Positions 1-11,400 of a DNA stretch of 64,000 bases are shown piece after piece. Position numbers and translations under genes: made by a program. Where the stretch lies: assembly GCA_009914755.4 (NCBI GenBank), contig CP068257.2:18464001-18528000 (forward strand), given 5' to 3'. Position 1 is the stretch's first letter, and every line of letters starts with the position of its first letter. The notes beneath the pieces are model-generated. The model was given only the letters and a program-made list of their open reading frames with translations. It did no database searches and was not told where the DNA came from. Origin of the DNA: the human T2T-CHM13v2.0 reference genome, Homo sapiens.

Positions 1-1450
1 TTCTCCTCAGGAGTCAGCCCCAATGCCCCTGTTTGCTTCTAGACCTATAACTAGACTAAAGTCCCTATGGGCCCCTAGAGGTGAAGTTGAGAGTGTGACC
101 CACGGGAGGTGTGGTACACTCAAGAAGAACTGTTTGTGTTCTCTAATTTATATAAACAGAAATCTGAAGAACAGGCATGGGAACGGATATTAGGAGTATG
201 GGATAATGGTGTAACAAACATAGAGTTGAATCAGACTGAATTTATTGATTTGGGCCCACTAAGTAGGGACTCTGCATTTAATGTTGCAGCTCGGGGAATT
301 AAAAAGGGTTCTAATAGTTTGCTTGCTTGTTTAGCCAAAATATGTATTAAAAGGGCCCACTGTGAGCAAGCTGGAAATGCCTGATCTCCCTTGGTTTAAT
401 GTAGAGGAAGGGAATCCAAAGGCTTAGGGAGATTGGCATGGTAGAGTGGATTAGTCACTTTAGACCTACACATCCCAGCTGGGAGGGTCCAGGAGACATA
501 CCCTTGACCAATGCCTTGCAAAATAGATTTATGAGGGCAGCACCTGCATCTTTGAAGAGCCCTGTAATTGCTTTTCTCTGTATGTCAGATCTAACATTAG
601 GAACCATAGTCACTCAACTACAAAATTTAAATACAATGGGAATAATTGGATCCCGAGGTGGCAGGGACCAAGTGGAGCCACTCAACCGTCAAAGGCAAGG
701 TGGGTGTAGCTACATAATGGACAGCAGAGGCAAAGCAGCAATCAGAATAGTCTCACTCATGTAGAGCTCTGGCATTGGCTAATTAATCACAGTGTTCCTT
801 GCAATGAAATTGGAAGGAAGCCTACTGCATCGCTACTTAATTCATACAAGCAGAAAACTTCTAGGTCAAATCGAGAAAAGGCTAATTTGAATGATAAAAA
901 CAGAGAATCGTGGCCCCTCAATCAATTTCCAGATTTGAGCCAGTTTATACACCCACAACCCCTTGAATGTAGGGGAGGCTGGGTCCCCTTGAGGAAGGAC
1001 TTTACTACATTACTGATAATTTTTATCAGGGAATCTTTCTCTCATCCTTCCCCAAGGAGACTTTTGGGCTTTTACCAGGGTAACTGTGCACTGGAGAAAG
1101 GGAAATGATCAGACATTTCCAGGACTATTGGACACTGGCTGTAAGCTGACATTGATTCCAAGGGATCCAAAACATCACTGTGGCCCTCCAACTAAACTAG
1201 GAGCTTATGGAGGTCAAGTAATTAATGGAGTTTTAGCTCAGGGCCACTTACAGTGGGTCCAGTGGGTCCCCAGACTCATCCTGTGGTCATTTCCCCAGTG
1301 CTAGAATGGATAATTGGCATAGGCATACTTAGCAGCTGGCAGGGCCCCCACATTGGCTCCTTGACTGATAGGGTGAGGGCTATTATGGTGGGAAAAACCA
1401 AATGGAAGCCATTAGATCTGCTTCTACCTAGAAAAATAGAAAATCAAAAA
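1..1450 (+). mobile_element. Endogenous retrovirus internal fragment (gag-pro / 5' pol region), degenerate
   Basis: The ORF at 1086-1304 has a retroviral aspartyl-protease active-site motif ('GLLDTGCKLTLIP'). The 1253-1600 ORF contains the protease C-terminal 'IIGIGILSSW' motif typical of retroviral PR. Upstream ORFs (109-384, 438-764) are gag-like. Frames are broken by stops and shifts. Confidence 0.5.
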
Positions 1451-1990
1451 CAATATTGTATCCCTGGAGGTGAAAAATACTTTTCCCGCCCGAATGTTGC
1501 CTTTTCCAAAACCACCCTGGCCTGCCCGCCACCCACATCCTGTACCCATAAAAGCTCAAGGCCCCACCAGCAGAGTGGCAGAGCAGCAGAGAAAGAGTGA
1601 AGAGAAGAAGCAGCTGGGTGTTGGAGAGAAGCAGCTTGACTTCAGAGGAATGGCTTGATGGCGGGACTCCGGAAAAGAGTTTGGTGGTCCCCAGTGAGAG
1701 CCACTTCCCGCTGACAGCCACTTCCGCTGTTCAATGAAATCCTCATTCACCACCATGCAATTTGTTCACGTGACCTGATTCTTCCTGGACACCGGAAAAG
1801 AACTACTCCTGCCGGGGCTCAGAAGCACTTGTCTTGGCCGCTGCACCCACTCACCTGACTGTTCACACTGGAATGAGGGGTTGAGACCGGCAGGCTGAGT
1901 AAATGAGCCAACCCCGTTATAAGTCTCATGAAGGGGTCAGGGGAATGATCCCATTTCAATATCACTGGCAGATACCAAATTGCAAGTTGT
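1450..1990 (+). mobile_element. LTR-like block adjacent to the ERV internal fragment (probable class I ERV LTR; family unassigned)
   Basis: GC-richer block with a TATA-like 'cccataaaagctc' followed by an R-like region and an 'aatgaaa' poly-A-signal-like motif (1733-1739). The overall layout resembles ERV1 LTRs. It sits directly after the pro/pol fragment, implying a large internal deletion of pol-env if it is the 3' LTR. Confidence 0.3.
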
Positions 1991-3012
1991 TGGAGATTGT
2001 ACAAACTAACATAGTATTTTGTAAGTAGAAGGAAATATGCATTTTTTTTTGAAATTTATGATAGAAATCTAGATGAATTGCATTAATAGCCAATGAAATT
2101 CATGGTGACCATTAGAGATATGCTTGAGCTTAGGAAAGCAGATAATTTTCAAGTTAGGTGTACCTTCCCTACTGTAAGGCCCTTGGATGGGGCTGAAAAA
2201 TAAGGTACTTAAAATTGTTTTCCTGTTCCTGTGGTCCTTCAAATTGGAAGTTGAAATCTTCCCAATTTCTGAGTCTGGGAATGAGACGACATATGTCTTT
2301 GAGGGGAAAAAAAAAAGGACCCATTAATATTTGGGTACTTTTTCAGCTATAGCCCAAAATAATTAAATATTACGTATTTGGAGTGAACAGTTTTGGCTTC
2401 AAAAACCAAAAACTATTAAAATCTAGTATATGAGAAAAGTTTTGTTTTTTTGTTTTTTACTTTTTGCTGTCAGATGCCAAATCAAACTTGTTATCTAGAA
2501 GAGAGGGAAAAATCTAGAATAGCAACAATATGTTCAAATGGAAAAAAAAAAAAAAAAAAAAACTCTACCGAAATTTAGCAGGCAGAAAATAGAAGCAAGA
2601 ATGGAGGAATCAGATAGATACAGCCACACTGCTCCTAAAGGAGAAAATCTGATCAAGAAATTTATCCCCTTGGGCTTGTATTTTTCAAAAGGAGAAATTT
2701 CATGGGTCTGATATTCATGAATGCACTCATTACTGTTACTTACGTTTGTTGAAGAAAGATTCACATTTTAATAAGGTAACCAAAAAAGTAAACGTAAGCT
2801 ATGTACCAAATGCATTATATACCTTAACTTCCTTTAAGAAAGTCATAAGGTTGATCTGATTAATCTATATATTTAAGATAGATAAACTGAGGTACAAAGA
2901 AATTAAATAGACTGTCTAATGTAAAATTAATAAGCAAAAGCAATGAGATTCTAATTCATTCATCAACAAAACAAGAGCCTGAGTACTTATCCACAATGCT
3001 TATTATTGACTT

Positions 3013-3047
3013 TCATCATTATCATTATCATTATCAATCATCATCAG
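3013..3047. repeat. (ATC/ATCATT)n simple repeat
   Basis: 'catcattatcattatcattatcaatcatcatcag' read directly. Confidence 0.8.
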
Positions 3048-3514
3048 TTGTATTTACTGTCTTTACTCCTTACACAGTTTTATTTCATCCTTGTGTTTAT
3101 AAAGAGGAGAAGATGCATGGAATAGCCCGTTTGCTCTCCCTATGCTGACAGTATGCTTTCAACACTCCTTAGGCTTGAATGTTTGCCACAGACAATAAAG
3201 CAGGTGATAGATGAACTCTTGGCTTTCCTGGGATGTAAAATAAACTGTACTGAGTCTGAAAATATCAACATACAATATGAATGATGCGTCCTTGCAGGCT
3301 AGTTTGCATTTCTATCAGCCTCAAATTGGTTCTTATTGTTGAGCCATAAATATGTTACAATATTGTTTAACTGTCAACGAAGTGTATTTTCTTGCTAACT
3401 GAGCTAAATGTAAATATTCAATATTATTGCCCAATTATATTTTGTTCATGACATTGTAAAATCTAACAATATATTTTTGTAATAAAAATTATATTTGCAA
3501 AGGCATGGTGAATT

Positions 3515-3570
3515 TATATATATATATATGTGTGTGTGTGTCTATACACATATATATAATATATAAATGT
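3515..3570. repeat. (TA)n(TG)n compound microsatellite
   Basis: 'tatatatatatatgtgtgtgtgtgtctatacacatatatataatatata' read directly. Confidence 0.8.
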
Positions 3571-5289
3571 TTCAATATATGTCAACATAATCTAAATCAT
3601 ATTCCTAGCACTATTTGGTGCTTACTCAGTATTTGTTGACTGAATTCATACATATTCCATGCATGCCTTCATTTTAAGTCTAACTTTATTTTTTAACAAT
3701 ACTGACCTCTTAATGGAAAAAAAGAACTCTCAAAATAAGTTGCATGCAAAGAATAAAGATATACATATTTATCTTGGAAAATGCAGCACGAGGCTAACAG
3801 AGCACAGAGAGAAGTAAGACATATTATCTTAATTTATTCTGCTCTTAATTTTCTGTACTTTTTTCTATTTCAAATGAAAAAAACAAACAAACAGAGGAAA
3901 TCTTGACAAAAGTATGAAATGTTCATGGAAAAGAAACACACAAATTTTCAAGTTACTCCAGTAAAACATGGGAATGGATGAAATGTTAGGTGGGCATTAG
4001 CTATAATAGACATGTTTTGTTTCTAGAAGCAAAACAAAACAATTGAGTAATGGATACATATGTGTCTCATTATTTTTGGTACATTTATGTATTTTCAGAT
4101 ATATTTTCATTTTGAAATAAAACATTAGAAAATAAAAATTTATGATGTATGAGAAAAATACTGGTATATTATATATAATGCATTTAAATCTAAAGCCAGA
4201 CAAATGTATTATATAGGTAATTTTCAAATGAGCAGTAAAAATAATTCTTTAAAAAAAAGATTATTTTTTTAGATGTCTGGTACTAAAAATTCAGTAGGGC
4301 TCTTTAATCCTTATATGAGCATTGTCAGCATTTGCATAAAATCATGTCAAAGCATTTGAAAAAATGTCATCAGGATATGAATATGTATACCAGAAAATAA
4401 AAAAATTCAAATGAGACATGACTTTTGAAGTGAAAAATATAGTAAATTATTTAATCAACCTACTCAGGGTAACAGGATGATCACTGAAGAAAAATTTACC
4501 TGTGAGAAAGCCACAATCAGTGATTATAAGAAGAGATGAAGAATCATATACTTAGCAGTCATGACATTAAAATTTCTATGAGGTATACCATGTCGCATTA
4601 CCTAAGTTTAAAATGTCCATATGTCTGTACCATTCACAAAGAATCTTTGTATGTGCTGAACCTGTCTGCTGACTGGGACACTATGTCAGTGATACCAGGT
4701 TTACCCAGAGATGAGAGGTGTTAATAGTATAAACTCAGAAATGAAGAATATAAAGTCAATCAGAGGGAAAATATGGGGAAGTTGCTACATAAAGCAGGAA
4801 CAGGAAATACAAAGGGCTTAAGAGAGATGAATCACTTTTACACAAAACAGCAAGGAAGCTGTTGCACTTCAATCGTAATAAACAGTGGAGAGGGGAAGAG
4901 AAGTATAAGAGATGGCTGAGTTAGCAAGGGGCCAAATTATGTCAGCCATGATATTTAGTTGTATAGGTATTTTTAAATTTGGAATGGAGAGGCTATTCAA
5001 AGGTTTTAAGCCAAAGAAGTGACATAATCTGAAGTATATTTTCAAAGTTTATTTTAGCTGCTAAAGTGAAAAAATGGAGACCAACAGAAAACTATAGCAA
5101 GTAGACCAGATGAAAATGATGGTGTCTTGGAACAGGATTGAGCGAACAAGGATGGAAAAAAAAAGCAAACAGATTGAAGATATATTTAGGAGCTACAATA
5201 TGAGAAAAGCAGTCGTGTCCTTGATGGGTGTGGTAAGAAACTCTCTTTATTTATCAGTCATGCAGGTTTTTTTAAATAAAACACTTAAC

Positions 5290-6180
5290 CATTTGTTTAT
5301 TCATTCATTCATTTTACATGTATTAATCACTCACCAGGTGTTGGACACCTTTCTACATCAGTAGTAAAACAGATAAAGATCCCTCTGTCATTCTAGCACG
5401 AAGAGATGAGTAGCAAACACAAAAGCTAGGTAACATATTTACTAAGTAAATTACACAGTATGGTAGAGAGTAATAAATGGGGTGAAAACTAGGTGAGGGA
5501 CATGGTGAGCATAAAATAGGCAAGCCAAAGAATGAAAGAGAATGATCAGAGTGGGCTTTATTGTGCAGATGACATTTGAGAAGAGGATTAGATGAGGTGA
5601 AGAAGTTAGCTACATACGTATCAGAGGGAAACTCAAATTAGGCAGAAGTGCTAGGAAGGACAAAGGCCCTAAACTGACAAAGGACTAGAATTTTAACAAC
5701 AATCAATCCAAGCAGAGTCAGTGTGCCGGAAGCAGAGGAAATGTGGAGAAAAATAATAGAATTTGAGGTCAGAGTGCACAAAGAGAGGGGATTATATCTT
5801 GCAGGTCACTTTAGGCCATTGGAAATACTGGGAGAAGTGGAAGCCATTATAAGATTTTGAGTAGATAGTGAAATTTTCAAACATTTCAAAGAATGCCTCT
5901 GGCTGCTGTGTCAAGATTAGATTCTAGTAAGGCAGTGAGAAACTAAAAACCTGACCCAAAGATTATTTAAATAATCAAGGAGAGAAGGGTTGGTGGTTTC
6001 CTCTAAGGAAGTAACAGTGGATATGATAATAAGTAATCAGATTAAGAATGTATTTTCAAGAGAGGAGAGTATTTCCTGTTGGATTGGATGAGAGTAAGAA
6101 AGAAAGTAGTATTAAGAGGGTACTATTTATTATTTGTTTATTTTGGCTGCCCTTATTTTAAATGAGAAAGTTCTGGAGGG
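5290..6180. mobile_element. Ancient interspersed repeat (MIR/L2-era element; family uncertain)
   Basis: Carries the 'ttcattcattcattttaca...' motif and the 'gatgacatttgagaagaggattagatgaggtgaag' motif. These resemble a common old mammalian-wide repeat consensus ('...gtgacatttgagcagagacctgaagg...'). The copy is highly diverged. Confidence 0.3.
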
Positions 6181-6554
6181 ATTGAGGGTTTCTTTTAGGA
6201 ATAATAAAAGAAAAATGGTTCAACTTTAAATACGCTAAATATCTGAATGGAGCGGTCAGTAAGTACTTTATACAAATTTGCAGTTTAGAAAGGTTTGAAT
6301 GGAAGATATAATTGATGGGGTCATTGGCATACAGCTAAGAATGAAAGCTGTAAGACTTGAGAAAACTAAGAAAGTGTGTAGACAGTGCCCATATGTGATT
6401 CTTGATTATGAATTTAAAGTGAGACCACTTAACATAGAGAATAGATGGAAAGTTGGATTTGGATCGGGCTGTGATAAAATATGAGCAAAGGAGAGCATAG
6501 CAAAGTGCAGGCAGAGGACACATTTCTAGCTGTGCTCCATGTACTTTCACCATT

Positions 6555-6592
6555 TCTTTTTTTTCTTTTCTTTTTTTTTTTTTTTTTTTTTT
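6555..6592. repeat. T-rich homopolymer / (T)n
   Basis: 'ttttttttcttttctttttttttttttttttttttt' read directly. Confidence 0.8.
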
Positions 6593-7434
6593 GCTTAGCA
6601 GTACCATGTTGCCCAAAGCCAACTTTATCCGTCTCACCTAAATTAATTTCTGGAAAAAGCTTGACACTCAGGTGTGGATTTTCTGATTTTCAGTTTTGAG
6701 GGGATTTTCCTTTGTCTAATTTTATTTCTAATACAGTACACTAATAGGAAGGTAAAGTGAAATTAAAAAGTAGTTTTATCTCTTCTCTTTTAGGTAACTA
6801 CATCTCCTGGCAAAGCTAGGAAAAGAGCAAAAATAAATAAAAGCGTAGCTCTCATCAATAAAAAAAAGCTACATTATTTTCTTCAATGCCTGAGAAAAAG
6901 ATTTTCTAGCATTTCATAACATAAATAAGAATAGAAGAAAAGCTATTAACGTTCTTTTAGTTGTCTCTCTGTGTGTGTACGGTGTGTCTATTTTTGTACT
7001 GAGAAATAAAAATAAAATCCAAAGCAACCCCCACTGAATGAATGGACCTCCTCTAAGTCAAGAAGACCTCAGAGAAACCTAAAGGAAAAAAAAAAAAATG
7101 AGTTCCTGGCCGTGATGAGTAGGAAATTTCAGACAGGCATGTGTGTACCTCTCCTTTGTGAATATTCAGAGCCCTTTCTATAAACTGTTGAATATGTATA
7201 TGTAGCCAACCCATTTGGTATATCTTCCTGTCTCATGCTTCCCACCCTTGGATCACTTTATTTTCCTGCCTGCAGGATGTGAGGCTCCCCTTTAGAAATA
7301 AAACTCTCCTTTTCAAATTGGTGAACCTCATGATTCTTCACGTGGCAGTACTAAAGCAAACTACCCTTTTAAAGATATTTATTTTAGAAGCATTTTTTAA
7401 AAATACAAATAATGCCACTAAAAATAACCTCAGT

Positions 7435-7482
7435 TGTGTGTGTGTGTGTATGTGTGTGTTTGTTTGTTTGTTTGTTTGTTTT
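7435..7482. repeat. (TG)n(GTTT)n compound microsatellite
   Basis: 'gtgtgtgtgtgtgtatgtgtgtgtttgtttgtttgtttgtttgtttt' read directly. Confidence 0.85.
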
Positions 7483-7970
7483 GAGATCTGAAGCCTATAT
7501 TTGAACAATCTTACTCTATGGTATTTTTAGGATAGTAGCATTTTATCCAGAAGATGTTACTAGAAATATTTTGTTAGCAAATTTCTGTTAATTTTTTTTT
7601 GTTTTTCAGCCTATAAAATAACAATCTTGTGGTTCATTTCACATATTAATCTTAGAAGATCTTAAATATAAATGAAATGTGGACACTAGAATTTAAAAAA
7701 TGTAAATAAATACTACTATTCATTACACACAGAAACGTCTGACATTAACGTGTGATGCCATCATAGAAAATCATGACGACTCCAGTATTTCCTGATCCAG
7801 GTCTGAAAACAGAGTTTGTCCCACTAGCACTATTATGCCACTGTTTTTACATTTTGCCAGGCCTTATCATACTCATTCTAGAATGCCTGAGCAGCAAATT
7901 TCCTAAATTCACTCTGGTATGGGCAATGTTTCTTTTTTGAATATGTTGAGTAAATAGAAAATAAATTGAA

Positions 7971-8215
7971 ATCCTGTAGAACTGTGCTCCCCAAACTTTT
8001 TGGCACCAGAGACTGGTTTCATGGAAGATAATTTTGCCATGGACAGGAGTTAGGTGGGGCATGGTTTTGGGATGAAACTGTTCCACCTCAGATCATCAGG
8101 CATTAGTTAGATTCCCATAAGGCATGCCCAACCTAGATCCCTCCCATGTGCAGTTCACAATACAGTTCACACTCCTGTGAGAATCTAATGCTGCTGTTGA
8201 TCTGACATATACATA
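7971..8215 (+). mobile_element. Non-autonomous DNA transposon fragment (hAT-like; family name uncertain)
   Basis: Begins with a terminal-inverted-repeat-like 'tgtgctccccaaactttttggcaccagagactggtttcatggaagataattttgcc'. Further on it has '...cagatcatcaggcattagttagattcccataagg...cctagatccctcccatgtgcagttcacaatacagttcacactcctgtgagaatctaatgc'. This matches my memory of a frequent human DNA-transposon consensus ('cagtggttctcaaactttttggcaccagggaccggtttcatggaagacaatttttccacgg...gagaatctaatgc'). Confidence 0.45.
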
Positions 8216-8221
8216 GTGTAT

Positions 8222-8222
<1 letters not shown>

Positions 8223-8265
<43 letters not shown>

Positions 8266-8420
8266 CATATATGGTATGCATGTGTGTATATATATATATG
8301 CCACATTTCTTTACAAATTTATACTGTATTCAATGGTATGTTTATACATATATATATACACACACTATATATATATATACACACACACATACATAGATAT
8401 ATACACATATATATATATAG
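8223..8420. repeat. (TG)19 followed by long (TA)n/(CA)n-rich compound microsatellite
   Basis: 'tgtgtgtgtg...' x19 and then TA/CA-rich tracts interrupted by short unique bits. It sits inside the distal 3' portion of the minus-strand L1. Confidence 0.85.
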
Positions 8421-11400
8421 ATATATGCCACATTTTCTTTATCCACTCATTGGTTGATGGACATTTAGGCTGGCTTCATATTTTCGCAATTGCAAATTGT
8501 GCTGCTCCAAACATGCATGTGCAAGTGTTTTTCATATAATAACTTCTTTTCCTCTGAGTAGATATCAAGTAATGGGATTGCTAGATCAAATGGTACTTCT
8601 ACTTTCCATTCTTTAAGGAATCTCCATACTGCTATCGCTAGTGGCTGTACTAGTTTACATTCCTACTAGCAGTGTAAAAATGATCCCTTTTTGCCACATC
8701 CACTCCAACTTCTATTTTTATTTTTTATTTTTTAATTATGGCCACTCTTGCAGGAGTAAGGTAGTATTGCATTGTGGTTTTGATTTGCATTTTCCTGATA
8801 ATTAGTGGTGTTGAGCATTTTTTCATATGTTTGTTGGCCATTTATATATCTTCTTTTGAAAACTGTCTATTCATGTCCTCTGCCCACTTATTGATGGGAT
8901 TATTATTTTTTCTTGCTGATTTGTTTGACTTCATTTAGATTCTGGATATTAGTCCTTTGTTGGATGCATAGTTTGCAAATATTTTCTCCCATTCTGAGGG
9001 TTGTCTGTGTACTCTGCTGATTATTTATTTTGCTGTGTAGAAGCTTTTTAGTTTAGTTAATTTCCCATTTATTTATCTCTGTTTTTGTTGCATTTGTTTG
9101 TGGGTTCTTGGTCATGAACTCTTTCCCTAAGCCAATGTCTAGAAGAGTTTTTCCCATGTTATCTTCTAGAATTTTTATGGTTTCCGGTCTTAGATTTAAG
9201 TCTTTGATCCATCTTGAGTTGATTTTTGTATAATGTTCCATTCTTCTACAGGTGGCTTGCCAATTATCCCAGCACCGTTTGTTGAACAGGGTTGCCTTTC
9301 CCCAGTTGAAGTTTCTCGTTTGCTTTGCTGAAGATCAATTGGCTCTAAGTATTTGGCCTTATTTGAACGTTCTTTATTCTGTTCCATTGGTCTACATGTC
9401 TGTTTTTATAACAGTACCATGCCGCTTGGTAACTGCAGCCTTGTAGTATAGTTTGAAATCAGGTAATGTGATGCCTCCAGATTTGTTCTTTTTACTTAGT
9501 CTTGCTTTGGCTATGCAGGCTCTTTTTTTGTTTGTTTGTTTCATATGAATCTTAGGATTGTTTTTGCTAGTTTCCTGAAGAGTGATGACGGCATTTTGAT
9601 GGGAATTGCATTGAATGTGTAGATTGCTTTTGGCAGTATCGTCATTTTCACAGTATTGATTCCACTCATCTATGAGCATGAGATATGTTTCCCTTTGTTT
9701 GTGTCGTCTATAATTTCTTTCAGCTGTGTTTTATAGGTTTCCTTGTAGAGAGCTTTCACTTCTTTGGTTATATACATTCATAAGTAGTTTTCTTTTTTCC
9801 AAAAATACTTAAAATCCCTTTTGTAAAAGGGATTGAGTTCTTGATTTGATTCATGGATTTGTCCCTGTTGGTGTATAGCAGTGCTACTGATTTGTGTATA
9901 TTGATGTTGTATCCTGAAACTTCACCGAGTTTATTTATCAGATCGAGGGGCTTTCTGGATGAGTCTTCAGGGTTTTCCAGGTATATGTTCATATCATGAG
10001 TGAACAGCAACAGTTTGACTTCCACTTTACTGATTTGGATGCCCTTCATTTCTTTCTCTTGTCTGATTGCACTGGCTAGGACTTTTAGTACTACATTGAA
10101 TAGAAGTGGTGAAAATGGGCATCCTTGTCTTTCTTGTTCCAGTTCTCATGGGGGAAGGCTTTCAACTTTTTCCCATTCAGTATAATGTAATAGATGGCTT
10201 TTATTACCTTAAGGTATGTCCCTTCTATGACAGTTTTACTGAGGTTTTTAATCATAAAGTGAGGCTGGATTTTGTCAAATGCTTTTTCTGCCTTTGAGAT
10301 GATAATGTGATTTTTGTTTTTAATTCTGTGTATGTGGTGCATCACATTTATTGACTTGTGTATGTGAAACCAACCCTGCATCCCTAGTATAAAACCCACC
10401 TGGTCATGGTGTTGGATTCAGTTAGCTAGTATTTGGTTGATGATTTTTGCATCTATGTTCATCAGGGATATTGGCTATAGTTTTCTTTTTTTGTTATGTC
10501 CTTTCCTGGTTTTGGTATTAGGTTAATACTGGATTCATAAAAAGGTTTAAGGAGAATTCCATATTTCTCTATCTTTTGGAGTAATTTCAGTAGGATTGTT
10601 ACCAATTCTTCTTTGAATATTTGATGGAATTTAGTTGTGAATCCATCTGGTCCTGGACTATTTTTTGTGGGCAATTTATTTATTACTATTTCAATCTCAC
10701 AACTTGTTATTGGTCTGTTCAGAGTTTCTATTTCTTCCTGGTTTAATCTGAGAAGATTGTATATTTCCAGGAGTTTATTCATCTCCTCTTGGTTTTCTAG
10801 TTTGTGTGCATGAAGGTGTTCACAGGAGCCTTGAATAATCATTTGTATTTCTATGGTGTCAGTTGTAATATTTCTCATTTCATTTTCATTTAGCTTATTT
10901 GGATCTTCTCTCTTCTTATCTTGGTTAATCTCGCTAATGGTCTCTGGATTGTGTTTATCTTTTCAAAGAACCAACTTTTTGTTTCAATTATCTTTTTTGT
11001 TGTTGTTGTTGTTTCAATTTCATTTAGCTCTGCTCTGCTCTTCATTATTTATTTTGTTCTGCTGGGTTTGGATTGTTCTTGTTTCTTCAGTTCCATAAGG
11101 TATGACCTTAGATTGTCTATTTGTGCTCTTTCAGACCTTTTGATATAGGCATTTAATGCTATGGACTTTCCTCTTAGCACCACTTTTGCTGTATTCCAGA
11201 GGTTTTGATAGTTTGTATCACTATTCTCATTTAGTTCCAAGAATTTTTTTATTTCCTTCTTGATTTCATTGTTGACCCAACCATCATTCAGGAGTAGATT
11301 ATTTAATTTCCATGTATTTGCATGGTTTTGAGGGTTCCTTTTGGAGTGGATTTCCAATTTTGTTTCACTGTGCTTTGAGAGAGTACTTGATATAATTTCA

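Noticed and set aside
8223-8420. Regularly spaced short repeats that could be mistaken for a CRISPR array (this microsatellite block; also the Alu-(TG)n-Alu block at 39248-39866 and the duplicated 48-bp unit at 55951-56068).
   Set aside because: The repeats are simple-sequence (di/tri-nucleotide) or transposon-derived, not 24-48-bp direct repeats with unique spacers. The genome context is eukaryotic. No CRISPR array.
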